Source: Nymphaea colorata
Lineage: Eukaryota
Assembly: GCF_008831285.2 (NCBI RefSeq)
Contig: NC_045138.2
Span: 42,098,001 to 42,162,000 of the forward strand
DNA length: 64,000 nt
Direction of reading: 5' to 3'
Of this stretch, positions 49,011 to 63,900 are shown piece after piece (positions within the stretch are counted from its first letter, which is position 1; every line of letters begins with the position of its first letter). The notes below the pieces were generated by a model that was not told the origin of the DNA, did no database searches, and worked only from the letters and a program-made list of their open reading frames with translations. A program made the translations under genes and the position numbers.

Positions 49011-52000
49011 AATAATCACATCTAAAACTTTGAAAATATAAATATATTCTTGAACCTTCTCTTATTGGTGAGGATAGTATGTTGAGAAAGATAAAAAGTT
49101 GAACAGCAAGTACTGGCAAGTCACAAAAGTTATTTGTCTTCTGTGTGTTTTCTAAACAAATTTAGAAGTCATATATGCCCATATATAAATGTAGTTATAG
49201 TTTTTTATTTGTCTAAAACTTGTTTGCTCATCAAAATATATTGATATCTTCAATCATTAAATTTAGACAATTGACTGCATAAATAGTCTAAAAAGTATGT
49301 GGACAACCTTCAATCTTTTTTTTTTAAGATTGTAGCTTTATAATTAGTGACATTTTCTATAATTATTTGAACTATATTTCATTCTCTAACTTTTTTAACT
49401 ACTTCTGCAAATAATTTTAACAAATTATTAATCATCTTTGATCATGTTTCTATCTTTACCTTCAATCAAACAATTTGTCATTAAGATACAACCAGTTTGT
49501 GACCATAAGAGCTTCTACTTCTCTAACTTGCTTTTGGTTTTTTCTCAGTTGCTTCATTTAGACTCTAAGTTTGTATTTCATGATAGCTTGGGATTCTCAT
49601 TCCATGACCTTGATTTGCAATAGCTTCAAACTTAGACATAAAATATGGACCATTGCACAAGTTAAATGGCAAGGCTTGAAAAGAAGAATTGCCTAATCTC
49701 ATTATAAACTTGAATGTTGTTTAACTTGAATGTTTGTCTATTTACTAAAACCACATCTTAATCATAAGAAACCCTTCATACACAGCCCAAACTGCAAGAA
49801 CCCTCAAAAGATTAAAGGAAAATAATGAACACTAACTCTTTGCTCATACATGTACAAAATAGGATTCTCTATCATAATCCAAGTTAAGCAACTATCTAAG
49901 GTACTAATCTAAAAGAAGGGTTAAAAGCTGAAGAGAAAATAAAAAATAAATTTAGTTTTACCTCCTTGTTGTCCACCTTCTTCTTCTTCTCTATCTCACA
50001 TTCTCCTCTCTTACTCACTTGTCCTCTTCCTTCCCCTCTCACAATCACTCTATTTTCTCTCCCTCTTTACTCCTCTCCTTCTCCTATTTGCCTCCATTTT
50101 GCCTCTCTTGTTTTCTTTCTAACTCCCCATTAGCCTCTAACATGATGAAAAAAAAAAGAGGCATTGTAGGGCAATGAAAGGGTCTCTTTCCCTTTAAATT
50201 TACAACATCTGTCTGTAAATTTCATGAAATTTTGTAAAATGACATTTTCTTTAAGTTCCACCAATATGCCCCTTTCAGTAAAACACAGGTTTAACAATGT
50301 TTCCTCTATTAACAAATTTCGTTATCGAAATTCACTAACCTTTTTGGAAATAAATAAAGGTAGTGTGGCCTAATATCATATTCTTGTTTCTAGGTGGTAT
50401 CTTCCTCTGACATATCAGTATTACACTTTCATAAGAGATCCAACTTTTTCATGAGCAAAAGAATATTTTTACTCCATGATACCTATTGGTATGACTGGAT
50501 AGTTCTTCTCCAATTGAACTGGCTGCTCTCTAATAATATGTAGGAGATCAAGGATATATTTCTTTAATATCGACATACAAAAAACATCATGAATTCATTA
50601 TAACTAAAAGGGAAATTGGAGATATATAATACACCCTAGTTCTCTCTAAGAACTCACATGACAACAAAACAAGAAAACTCTAGCATTTCAGTATTAGCTC
50701 TATGCCACATGGATGGAGCATGGTTATTAACGTTAGTCTTTGGTGCTTGTGTGGTTTACTGCCAGTTAAGGCTTTGGCACTGAATAAGAAGGAAAAGAAA
50801 ATAAAAAAGCATGTTTGGTTGCAAAGGAAAGGAAGGAAAAGAAAATGATACTTCAATGTAAATCTAACCCCCCCAAAATTGGAGGGATTGAAATGAAAAA
50901 AAGGAGTGGTTCTTCTTTATCATATACACCCTCTTCTTTTTTCTCTCATGTGTATGCATGGTGGCTACATTTAGCAGCTTTGTCCCTCCTCCACAGACAT
51001 CTTTTTCATTTGCTTTCCTCTTTTCAGAGTAAGAATGTGATCATTTGCTAGTATTTGGCATTTTTCCCCTATGTTTTAGATCCGTTGTGGTTTTAGATCA
51101 TGATTTCCATCTTTGATGTGTTTTGAAAAATCTTTGTTTATTTGAAAAGTGTATATACAGATTTTCTTGGAGGTATCTTTGATCATCAGGAAAGTTTCTG
51201 ATTGCTAAACTACTTCTAAATACGATTATATGCTCAAAAGTTGAATATGCAAGAATCTGAAAATTTTCATTTTCTTGCTTAAGTAGGAACTTCTTGTTAA
51301 ACTACTCAACGTAATCTATTTTCTTACTTCATTGTCACAAATAATTGAAATGTTTTAATAATGTTCCATCTTCAATGAAGCATCTTAAGATGAACATGAC
51401 TAGGGGTTCTATTGAATATGAGGAGCATCCTCTCATTACAACTGATTCCACATTCAAGTATACTTCAAAATCCCTTTCTTGGAAGCATAATGTGGCAAAG
51501 GGCTACAATTTTTTTTTCTCTTACCATAGAATACTTCTTTCCTACTAGATAGTGTTTAGTTATTTCTTTGTATTTTTAATTCTTGAAGAACATTATTTAT
51601 TGGCTTTATTGAATTCTTAACTTTTGTGGGCAAATATAATGGTGCTTACCGATGACAAGAAGGTCGAAATTAGTCCCAATATGGTGCAGGTGGGGAGGAG
51701 ATGTTGCAGTATATGGCCATGTGCATTCCATATTATACTTTTTATGGTGCAATCCATGTTGTGTTTTTGTATTTCAATAATGTTGTTCTAGATTGGAATC
51801 CCAACCATATGATCATTATTAGTTCCACTATTGTAGTAGAACATGCATTCAGTGTGACAATATAGAATCCATGTGCATGATGCATATATCATTTAAATAG
51901 TTCTCAATAATATGAACACGAAAATTGCATTCCATCATCTATCACAAACTCACATACACACACTATGGTAATTCCAAAGACTTTACTAATTCCTGCTAAT

Positions 52001-52129
52001 CCTTTTATATTGAAGGATTTTGATTATTGAATTATCAAAGTTATTTCTTTTCAATGACAATAAAAATCTGATCAATAAAGTGATGTACAAGTTGACTTTG
52101 AGTAGCTTTATCAAAGACTTTATAATGAA

Positions 52130-55100
52130 AATGGTTGTTATTATATTTGATAGGTCAAGTGATTGACATGTGGATGGAGAAAAAAAATGTACATTATTTG
52201 CCTTGGAGTATGCTCTAAAGGTTAACAAAGGGTTGAGATGTTTATACATAAAATGCAACAACTTCTCGTATCAATCTCTTCAGTCAATCTTCAACCATAT
52301 AATATGTATAGGAATTTGTCCAAGTTATACTAGATGGTATCAACATGGAAAACCTTTCATAACATCGACAGTTAATGTTGATGATGCATCTGGTGAATCA
52401 GATAAATATGAGATGAATGAATTGTTCCACGATATGTTTTGAGCATCGAGCTTAAGTATTGGGTTATATGAATAAGAACATGATCTTGTGAATAGTGATA
52501 CTATAAATTTTGGATCATTTAATAAATTGTTGGAAGATGCAGAACAAGAACTATACCGAGGTCACACACAGTTCAATAAATTATCTTTCTTGGTTCGACT
52601 TTTTCAAATAAAATGCTCATATGGATGGAGGGACAAGTAAATCACCATGTTACTTGTACTATTGAAAGAAGCATTTCCTTAATGAGACAAACTACCATAG
52701 TGTTATCATAAGATGAAAAAGATTATTGAAGATTTGGGCTTTAGTTATATGAATATTGATGCATGCTCAAAACATTGTATGTTGTGTTGGAAGGATCCAA
52801 AAACTAAGGGAAAATGTGACCTTCATGGGACATCCAAATAGAAAGTAATGGGTGAATCAATTAGTCATACTACAAAGAAACAAAATAAGGTGAACAAGAT
52901 TTTTGGTAATGTTTTGTGTCATTTTCCTTTGGTACCAAGAGTTTTAGATGTTTTTTATGTCATCAAAAATAGTACTAGAATTGAGATGGTACGATGAAGG
53001 ATGCAACAAAGATAACATTTTAAGGCATCCAGTAGATTCATTAGCTTAGAAAACTTTTGATGAACATAATGCCTTCTTTACTTACTATCCTCTTAATGTT
53101 AAACTTAGTTTAGCAAGTGACAATTTCAATCTTTTTAGGACGATAAGAACAATTCATTCCACATGTCTAGTTGTGTTGATTTCATATAATTTGCTTTCCT
53201 AGATATGCATGAAGCAACCTTATTCATACTCTCATTGCTCATTTCCAATAATTTAGGAAAAGATATTGATTTGTATCTACAATTACTTATAGAAGAATCA
53301 AAATAATTATAGGCTGTCGGGGTCAAGATTTATAATTTATCAAAACAAGAAACATTTTAACTTTATGGAGCATTATTATGGATAATTAATGATTTTTCTG
53401 TATATGCAAATTTGTCTGGACAGAGTACCAAAGGTCAATGAGTTTGTCCTTATTGCCACAAGATACATGTTTCTATCACTTGCATGGTTCTAATAAATAG
53501 TGTTACATGGTACATTGTTGGTAGTTGCTAGTGGACCGTAGATATCATCAAGATGCACGTCCTTTTGATGAGATATCAAAGTGAGGTCTGCCCCTATTGT
53601 ATTTTTTGGATAAGACATATTACCTGAAGTTTAAGGTATCAACATTTAGTTTGGGCAAAAAGTTCCTATTCAACATTTGCTATGCAATTGGAGGAAAACA
53701 AAGCATATTTTTTCAGTATCCTTATTGGCAACATAACACACTATTCCACAATTTGGATGTGATTCACATAGAGAAAATTGTATGTAGCAACCTCATTGGA
53801 ACACTTTTAAATATAAAAGGAAAATCAAAAGGTAGTATATGCTTGGATTGATTTAGAAGCTATGCCTATAAGGCACTTGCTTTACCCATTATGACTTGGA
53901 ACATTCTAATAGAGTTCATTTGCCTCCAACATGTTTCTCGATGCATAAGAAAGAGAAGAATCCTTTGTAGAGTACTAAAATATATCAAAGTTCTAGATGG
54001 TTCTCTATAAACATTTCTTGATGTGTGTACATATAAGAACATAAACTTTCAAGGGTTAAAAGTCATTATTGCTATATGTTGATGCACCAATTTCTCCCAT
54101 TAGCCATGTGAAGAACACTACCAAAAACCATGAGCTCTGTGATTATAGAGCTATGTGGTTTCTTCAAGGAGTTGTGTTCAAAAGTTTTGAATGAAAATGA
54201 ACTAATGCTACTAGAGGAACAAATCATTATTACATTGTGTCATTTAGAAAGGACATTTCCTCCAGCTTTCTTTGACATTATGGTGCATTTACCTGTTCAC
54301 TTGGCAAGAGAAACACCATTAGGTGGTCTATTACATTATCAATGGATGCATCCTATTGAAAGATATCTAGAATTTTGTAATATTTATTCTTTCTATATTA
54401 TTATTACTACTAATGTTCTTTTATAGTGGCAATTACTTTTTTAGATTGAAATCTTATATCTAAAGTAAAATTAATCCATAAAGTTCTATTGTTGAGGGTT
54501 ATTTGGTTGAAGAATGGATGATGTTTTCTTCACTGTACCTTGATAACATGGAGTCAAAGTTGAATTGTGCACATGGAAATGATAATTTTATAGTAGAAGT
54601 AAATGAAGAGGTAATTGTAGAATCGAGAAGAGGTCATGCATTGACATCAATGCATACTACCTTGGGTAAAACTATGTTGCAATAGGCACATCAATGCATA
54701 CTATTTAATTTTAAGGCACTTGCTGCTTTTCTCAGGTTCGGAATTACTTTTGATATTATAAATGTTTATAAAATATTATTACTTATATAAAATGATTTTT
54801 CATGTAGGCTTCGTCTTAAGGAATTAAGAGGACAATGTCATAAGACCTCAGTGCATCAAATCGACAACATGCATAAAGTTCACTTTCAAACTTAGCTGAA
54901 AAAATATATAAGTGTAATGGAAACATTACATTGCCATGTGATTTTGTTATATAACTATTTTTTGCTAATATTTGTTCTTACAATAGGTTCAATTAGTATA
55001 TTAATGTGACAATGAAGAAAGTGAGGAAGGTAGATGGATCTTTCAAGGTCCTCGGGCATTGGCTAAAAGATCCATGAGGTTTTTCATAAATGGGTTCCTC

Positions 55101-55500
55101 TTTCATATGAAAGGGAGAAAAAAATAGAAAAACTCAAAATAATGGTGTTGTTATAGATGCGATCACATCAAGCTTCACAAGTGCTAGAGATGCTAGGCCC
55201 ATCAAGAGAAAAGTCACATATTGTTGCGTAGTTGAAGATATAAATTAGCTGCAACACGATGGATAGTTCAGATATGTATTGTTCAAATGTCACTGGTTCG
55301 ATGCCCTTGGATCACAATGCATTAAAAAAAATGAGCTTGGTTCATTCATGTTAACCAGACTTATCGATGTACGCAAGTTGGACATTTTGTGTTAGCATGT
55401 CAAACTCAACAAAGTTTTTATGTACAAGACCATGCAGACACATTGGCAATTGTCATTAAGACAAGACCCCATGATTTGTTTGACATGCAACAAGATGTGC
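52130..55500 (+). mobile_element. CACTA (En/Spm) TnpD transposase pseudogene
   Basis: CLYIKCNN..HIICIGICPSYTRWYQHG (transposase-associated domain); IDACSKHCML, LRHPVDS, DIDLYLQLLIEE (Transposase_21); HNLDVIHIEK; LERTFPPAFFDIMVHLPVHLA..WMHPIERY (DUF4218); LFKCHWFD, QQ.FYV.D (DUF4216). Confidence 0.9.
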
Positions 55501-56049
55501 TTGTAAATAATGATGTGATTTCGATGATTTTGAATGGTGTTGGGCTAGTATACCACTTGTTAAAAATGAAGATGATATATTTGTTGATAAGACTGAGTTA
55601 AGAGAGACATGGTTGGATTAACAATCGATATGTCTAGACTTTAACATAATAAAGGAAGAAGAAGAATGTATTGACCACGTATCTAGACTTCAATGTAAAA
55701 AAGCAAAAGAAGAAGAATAATTTATTGATGATTGATAGTTTGTGCACTTTTTGTGTTTCTAAATAAGTGTTTTGCATCATTATTGCTCATTCGACGGTGA
55801 ATATGATCTACTTTTTATTTTTCTAAGACAATTTTTGTGCATCATTGTTATTCATTCATGGTGAACATGATCTACAATAGGCTGTCAAACTCCTCAAGTA
55901 CTTGTTCCATTTAAAAGTTGACTATTGCATAGTGTGATTATTGAAATGTTCTTGCCTTTCATTTTAGTTTTTCATTGTTCACATCTTGAAAAGACAAATT
56001 TTTTCTTATTTAAGTTATGTCATGATTATGATAATTTTGTGATTATAAA

Positions 56050-56700
56050 GATGCCACCTAAATTAATATTTGGGGAAAAAGTTTGCTTAACAATTGGTGT
56101 ATGCAACCAACCACATGATAATGTTACAAGTTCTTCTATAGGTAATTTATTGTATCTTTGTTTCTTTTATACCTATCAAGTTGTTCTATAGGCCTTTTGT
56201 TATATTCTTTTTTCTTTCAGCGTCTAAGAAGAAACAAAGCAAATGTAGCCCACGCCAGCTTTCAATGGTTGTAAAGCTACCTCCAGGCCAAAAAATCAAT
56301 GTGAAAACTAATAAGTTTGGACAATCAATGGGTGACAAGGCTATCAAAGTTCACATTATATAGGAAGTTTATCATGTGATGGCAACTTGTTACCTATAGA
56401 CATGAATTGGCAGAAGATACCCAAGTCATGTAAAGAAAATCTTTGTGCACTTGTCAAGGTATTCAAATTTGTTAAATATTTAGTCTTTTTCATTTATTAT
56501 GTCTTTAATGATAACTTTAATTTATTTATTGCTTCAAGATAAATTTACACTTGAAGTATTTTCAGAGAAGTATATTTTATCATGTATTGTGGTAGTGTGG
56601 AGATCATAGAAATGTAAATTGAAGAGTCTCTACTACTATGGTGACAACTTTTTGGATTACAATTATGAAAAAGGCAAAAGATTCTATTGGGGAGACCATA
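56050..56700 (+). mobile_element. CACTA TnpA/ORF2 5' remnant, cut off by LTR sequence
   Basis: LPPGQKINVKTNKFGQSMG..GSLSCDGNLLPIDMNWQKIPKSCKENLCALVK; follows TnpD in the same orientation. Confidence 0.6.
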
Positions 56701-56706
56701 CATGAG

Positions 56707-58797
56707 TGCCAACACCCGTTGCCATTGACAAAAGAATAAAGATTTCTTTATGTGCCATCAATTCTGCTCACAATTTCTGCGGACTAGGTGAGTAGTCGAT
56801 GAAGAAAAGCATGTGTATCCTTCATCTGTCCATGCCATAGGTAGTTTGGAAGGGTCGATGACATTTGCTCTTCTTCATACTGTCAGCAGAGATCTTCTTT
56901 TCGGATATATCAGATGTCATCGTTTTCCGCCAAAATTTCCTTCATGCATATGGATTGGTTTCCTTATCCAATGGCCTTCGAATATAAGTGTGTGGAAGCT
57001 GAGATCATCTCTTTGTTCGTTAGGTTTCCAAAACCCCCAAATACCAAATGCTCAAATCAAAGATTGTGGAAGCTGCTAACGATCACGCCCCAATGGCGTC
57101 GTAAACCAGATAAAATATCCAATCAACTAATTATAGTCAATCCAAGATTGGATTTGCTCGAACAAGGAGTTTAATCCTTCTTGTGCACGACTAAAATAAT
57201 TCAAACGAGCTCATTTCAAATTCTGTTATTTCTGAAATTTTCTAAAATCACTACAATTTTGCAAAAGCTAATTTGCCAAAATTAATCCAAAATGTTGGAC
57301 GATTGTCCTAAAAACTCACAAAATTCGGGCCCCAAATCTACATGTTCAAACCAAAGTTACTTTGGAGCAAATTCTAAATATTCCAAAATATTTTGAAATC
57401 CTCGAAGAACTATACAAGTAAGAATCCATCATATTGCAACTCAAAAAGCTGAAATGAACTTTTTGGAAAAAACTTATCAAACCAAGCATATTTCAAAATT
57501 ATAATGTCAAAGAGCTAAGTATTCAAAATAAATTTTCAAAAACATTTGATGACAAACCCCAAGTGTCATAATGCTTCAAAATCTACAAAGTTTGGTTTCT
57601 AAGCAAAATTTCAATCAAAATCATCCCTATTTCAGGTAAAAAAATGAAAACAACTTTTATAAATAGACAAAATTTTGTCAACTAAATCCACCAAATTTTC
57701 AAATTTTACAAATCTTTTCGAAATAGATTCTAAAAACCTTGTTTCTTAAAAAATCAAACCAAGCTCAAAGGCTATGTATTAAGATTCACTCTTGATCCAA
57801 ACTTCCAAGAGTGAACTTAGAAGCCGTCCAAGAGTCTAAAACCATCAACACTATAAAAATCAAGTAAATTATGCATGGAGGGATGAAAGAGCAAAGTATA
57901 AATGAAGCATATAGTTTGCTTTTGTTACAAAAAGCACACAAAACACCGATCATTAAAACGAAAGTGAACCAATTCGGCATTACTACCTTGACAAAGTCAT
58001 ATTGCAATGAAGACTTGGGTCATTCGCTTGTGCCAAACCAACGAATACTCTCAAAATGATTTTTCAAGTTCTCAAAATTTTCAAAACCAAAAATTTTCCT
58101 AAAAAGAGATTTCATCTCTGATTTCTTCAACACTTTCCAAAATAGATTCCCCAAATCGACATTCACCTTTAACTTCAAATCAGTCTAAACATTCAAAATC
58201 TCCAATATCAATCATCAAATTTCTAATTTTGAGCATCAAAATCTAATTTCCATTCCCATTCAAATTTCTAAAATCGCATCTGACATCCAATTTGGGATTA
58301 AATTGAAAATCTCAATTCAAACAAATTTTCCAATTCGAATCAACCCCTATAGTGAGATTAAATTGATAGTCCCGATCCAAATCAATTCAAAAGAATTTTC
58401 AATCAATTCCAAGTTTTCAAACCAACTCTAGTTTTCAATTCCTAAAACTAAATCCTAGATTTCTAGTCGAATTCAAAATAAATTTTGAAATTCAAATCCA
58501 ATGTCTACGAAATGATATAGGAAAGTCAATCAAATGACTTGTACACTTGAGAAATCTTAGACGTTGGCCCAGTTATCCCTGTTAAAGGTGTTAGGAATGG
58601 TTGATTTCAATATGTTTGGTGTGCTGGTGAAAACTGGGTTTAATGATAATGCGGATGTACCAAGGTTGTCACAATTCTGGACCAGAGTGGTATCTGAACT
58701 GATCCAGAGTGCACAAGTAGATGAGTGAGAGAGGATTTCAGCAATAGTATTAGCAAGCACACAATACTTGGCTTAAATATTGGACTGAGCTACTGTG
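56707..58797 (+). mobile_element. Large LTR fragment A (outer), Ty3/gypsy-like
   Basis: Starts tgccaacacccg; carries reverse complements of motifs in copies B and C (aagtcatattgcaa ~57994; ccagttatccctgttaaagg..aggaatggttga 58569-58604). Confidence 0.5.
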
Positions 58798-60980
58798 TGT
58801 TCACACCCCACCCCTTCCTTGAAGGGCATCGAAATGCGAATCAATAAAATTCTTTTAAAATTAAAGTTTTGAGGAGAATTTTTAAGAAACAAGGGTCTGC
58901 CCATCAGTACGAGGTTCAACCATTCCTACCGCCTTTAACAGGGGTAATTGGACCAAGAATTAAGGGTCATTTGGATCATGTACGAGTTACTAATGCAAAT
59001 CCTATATGCTTATGCATTGAGGTTTTGGATTCAAAAACCAAAGTGATTTGAAATTTTTTTGAAAATGAATTCCTTTGATTTGAAGATCGGAGGGTTTTCA
59101 GATTGATTTAAAAACCTTTGTTTTGGTGCCATTTAATTTGAAATCCACAATTCTTGGGGATTTTGAAGAATTGAAATTGAGTTCTTTGTTGCAATCTCAA
59201 GATAATTCATGACTTGAAATTGTGACCATCTTATGAACAAAATTGATTTTGAATTCTTCTTTTGCCAAATCGTATGATTTGGTCTAAGATATTTAGAAAC
59301 TTGTGATTTGGTTAGGAAGAGCTCATTCTTTTGATGAAACATAGGTTCCAAATTATTAGAAAACGTGTTGTTTTCTAAACATATTTTGGCCAAGATTATG
59401 CATTGCTTATGTTTTCTTTGAAAGTTAAGTGAAGTTTATAAATTTTTGTTGCAATATGACTTGGTTACTTTTTGTAACTCAAAATTGAATCACTTAATTT
59501 CTTGAGAATATGCATGTGGTGCTATTGACTTTGGGTGAAAGTGAATGCATGAAATAAAAAAGGGAAACTATATGAGACGTTCATCATTCTGTCTCTAATA
59601 ATCTCTCAAGATTCATTCATATGAAACATTCATTCTTCACTCTCTCATAATTTCTCAAAGTCCATTCATTGTAATTACATGTCATACAATCTACACATAA
59701 ACATTGATTTTAATTAAAATGTAGGCCTTTCTCTAAATGTGCTCATTAAATTATTAAGCACATGAATTAGAAATGCAGTCCATAAGCTTAAGGCTTAACA
59801 AAATGATGAAAAATGATGCCAAAATCAGTTTTTAAAATAGATGGGAGACATGGATGACATCCACTTTTGTCTCGAAATAAAAAAAAAATCAGATTTTGGG
59901 CTAATTTAAATAACTAAAAATTGTAGACATTGATTCCAAGAGAGAGAGCTTGTTTCTTGGATGAAAATGACAAGTCTTTGGAAATCGACCAGATTTTTCA
60001 TGAGTTGATTGTTTAAATCAACAAGCGAAATGCACCTTTTGAAAATATGTTTACCTTTTGTGCCAAATATGCACATTGGGTTTCGATCACGATGCTTAGA
60101 AAACTTTCTTTCCTCAAATTTCAGATTTCATACCAATGGAATCGTCCACTTTTTTTTGGATGATTTTAGAATAGTTGATCCTCCTTTTAGGGAAGTAAAA
60201 AATAAAAATTTTCAGCATTTTAGGAGAGGATTAATTCAATACAAATCTGAAAATTTATGAATTAGATCAGCAGCCCATAAAAAGTATTCTAGGATGCCGA
60301 TTGGATGGGTTTAGATATTTTTTTATTGTTATTCAAAGCAAAACCACTTCGTTGCTGAAAATTGACATTTCAAATGTATAAACTCTGATATTATTAAGCT
60401 AATTCCTATAAAGCATGGTCGGATTTCGGTAACTTGCATACACTTTACATATGGATTGCTGAAAATAAAAGAAAATTTAAGACGAAATGAAATGATTTCA
60501 TAGCTTTGTACTACGAAAATCAACAAAATGATTCCCTTTCTTAAAAACCAGTTTGGAAACTTGTTCCAACCTGATTTTAAAAGAGGAAATGATTTTTAAC
60601 AATATCTTGCACATATATGTGTATATATATATATATATATCCTACTCTTCAAAATGAAATTTAATCAAGGGACTGCGTAACTCATGAATCATGATGATTC
60701 ATGGCTGGGTCCTTTTACGTAGGAAGATTGAAAACTTGTTTGTAATCTCTCCTACCACTCTTGATCAATTGCAAAAGCATGAAACAAAATGACTTCAAAT
60801 AAAAAGATATGCACGAATGCTCAAGCTAGTCTGTCCTTACTTTCGCCATGCACAGGTGGATCACATTCATGAGAATGCATCCATCCTTGATAGGCTTTTT
60901 TGTCATATATGTTGCAGCAAAATCACTCTCCCACCGTGTGATTCTCTCATGGTGGGAAGTTCAAAATGGTTTTAAGCTGG
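58798..60980 (-). mobile_element. LTR copy B, opposite orientation to A, interrupted by copy C
   Basis: Begins tgttcacaccccacccc (LTR end ...ggggtgtgaaca on minus); colinear with 60981-62868; stops at ...tttaagctgg. Confidence 0.75.
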
Positions 60981-63900
60981 TGTTCGCACCCCACCCCTCT
61001 CTCGAAGAGTGTCAAATGCGGATCAGTAAAATTTTTTAAAATTGAGGTTTTGAAGAATATTTTAATGGAAAGGGATCCACCCGTCGGTACGAGGACCAAC
61101 CGTCCCTGCCGCCTTTAACAGGGGTAATTGGACAAAGGACTAAGAATCATTTGGATCATATACAAGTTTTTGATGCAAATCCTATATGCTTATGCATTGA
61201 GGTTTTGGATTCAAGAACCAAAATTGATTTTGAAAGAGTGATTTGAACTTGTTTTGAAGATTATAGGATTTTCAAGTTGGTTCAAAAAACAACCTTTGTT
61301 TTTGTGCCATTCGATTTAAAATACACAATTCTTGAGGATTTTGAAGAGTGAAATTGAGTACTTTGTTGTGAACTCTAGATGGTTCATGAGTTGAAATTAT
61401 GATCGACTTTTGAAAAATAGCAAAGTTTCTTTAGCAATGAAACTTGATTTTTGAATTCTTCTTTTGCCAAATCGCGTGATTTGGTTAAGTAGAGTTCATT
61501 CTTTTGATGAAACATAGGTTCCAAATTGTTAGAAAATGTGTTGTTTTCCAAACACACTTTGGCCAAGGTTATGAGTGCACTGCTTGTGTTTTCTTTTGAA
61601 GTTAAGAGAAGTTTACAAATTCTTGTTGCAATATGACTTAGTCACTTTTCAACTCAAATTAGAATCACTTAACTTCTTGAGAATGTGCATGTGGTGCTAT
61701 TGATTTTGAGTGAAAGTGAATGCATAAAATGAGAAGGGAAACTATAAGAAACATTCATTCTTCTCTCTCTCATAATTTCTCAAGATTCATTCATATGAAA
61801 CATACATTCTTCACTCTCTCATAATCTCTTAACGTTCATATTGTAATTGCACATCATACAATCCACACATAAAGATTGATTTTAACTAACATCTAGGACT
61901 TTATCTAAATATGTTTATTATATTATTAAGCACATGAATTAGAGAGGTAGTCCATAAGCTTGAGACTTGACATAAAACTATCAAAATGATGAAAAATATA
62001 CAAATGATGTGAAAATCAAATTTTTTTTTTTTGCAATAGATGGGAGACGTGGATGACATCCACTTTTGTCTCAAGATAGCTAAAAAAAATCAGACCTTAT
62101 ATTGATTTAGATAGCTGAAAATTATGGACATTGATTCCAATAAAGGGCTTGTTTCTTAGATAGAAATGAGAAGTCCTTCATCAAATTTCAGATTTCGTAC
62201 TCATGAAACCGTCAACTTCTTTGGATGGTTCTAGGATAGTTGGCATTTCAAATATATAAAATTTGACATTCTTAAACCAATTACTATAAAACATGGTCTG
62301 ATTTCAACAACATACATACATTTTACGTGTGGATTCCTGAAATTAAGCAAATTTTAAAATGAAATGAAAATGATTTCATAACTTGGTACTATGAAAATCA
62401 AAATGAACCGTTTTCTTAAAACCAGTTTGGAACATGTTCCAATCTGATTTTAAGAGAGGAAAGCAATTTCTAGAAATAGATTGAGCACGTATATGTATAT
62501 ATATAACAAGTATACATATACGTACCTCACTTTTCAAAATGAAATTTTATCAAGGGGCCACACGACACTTGAATCATGATGATTCATGGTTGGGTTCTTT
62601 TACGTGGGAGGATTGAAAACTTGTTTCAAATCTTCCATAATACCCTTGATCCATTAAATAAAGCATGAAACAACATAACTTTAAATAGAAAGAGATAAAT
62701 GGATACTCAAGCTAGTTCATCCTTAATTTCGCCATGCAAAGGTGGATTATATTCATGAGAATGCATCCATCCTTAACAGGTTTTTTGGTCATATATATAT
62801 TGCAGCAAGATCACTCTCTCACCGTGATATTCTCTCATGGTGGAGAGTTCGAAATGGTTTTAAGCTGGTTATTTTGAAAGGAACGTGACTTGAGGCCCTT
62901 TTCAAAATTTGATACATGGGTTCATCTTTAAGAAAAACCGATGTATGCATGCATGATGCATTAACATGTACATTTAATCGTAGGTTTCCCCTAGACTGAC
63001 ATCATTTCCAGCCATGAAACAAATGAAAATAAACCCTCCCACGAATTGCTGGAATTAAAATGAACTAATGAGAAGCCAAAATAGATGAAAAATGGTTAAA
63101 ATCACCTACCTTGCGGTCGGTCTTGATACTTGATCTTCACATTCACTTGTTTTCTAAATCGAGCAATCCTAAGCAAGAATCCAAGCTTGGATTCGAGCTT
63201 AGCAAAGCTAGAAGTAGAATTGCTTGCTTGCTGGAATTTGTAGTAGGAAAGAAGGCTTCTCACCACGAAAATCCTAAGTAAGGGTCCACTCAAGCACCCT
63301 AACTTAGCAAAAACAATGGGAAAAATAAAAGAAAATGAAGAAGGAAATGGGAGAAAGGGTGAAGGAGGCTTGGACAAAATCTACTTCTCCTCCTTGGCCT
63401 CTCCCTCTTAGCTCCTTAACTGATACCCCTTCAAAAATTTCGTCCTCCTCCTTGGTGCCCAAGGGGAGGCTTATATAGAGGAGGAGGTGGGTTCAACCAC
63501 CTCCTTAACTCACCTTGGAAACTAACATAAGACCTTGGGGACTTGTAAAATAAGTTAAATAGGCTTTAAAGGCTCTAACTGACCATTTATTAGCCTATTT
63601 TCATGATCTAGGTGGGCTGGGCTAGGTTTGGTTAACATTGGTTTAGACCTAGCTGACCAACTTTGACCAAAATTTTGGACAAAAATGCCCTTGCACATGG
63701 TTTTGCCTTATTTTGTGCTATTTATTTATTTTTTTGTTTGAAATCAAGCTTGTTAGGTTAAAACCTAGTTTTTAAGCTCCAAATGCCATTGAATTATGAT
63801 AATCCAATTTAAATTTGAATAAAATTTGATCTATCAAATTTGGCTCGAAAATGGTATTTTCGTCCATAATTTGATTGAAGATGAATTTCGATTGAATCAA

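Noticed and set aside
58569..58952. 36-bp inverted repeat as a miRNA or structured RNA precursor
   Set aside because: Explained by two related LTRs in opposite orientation; the same motif recurs at ~61097-61131
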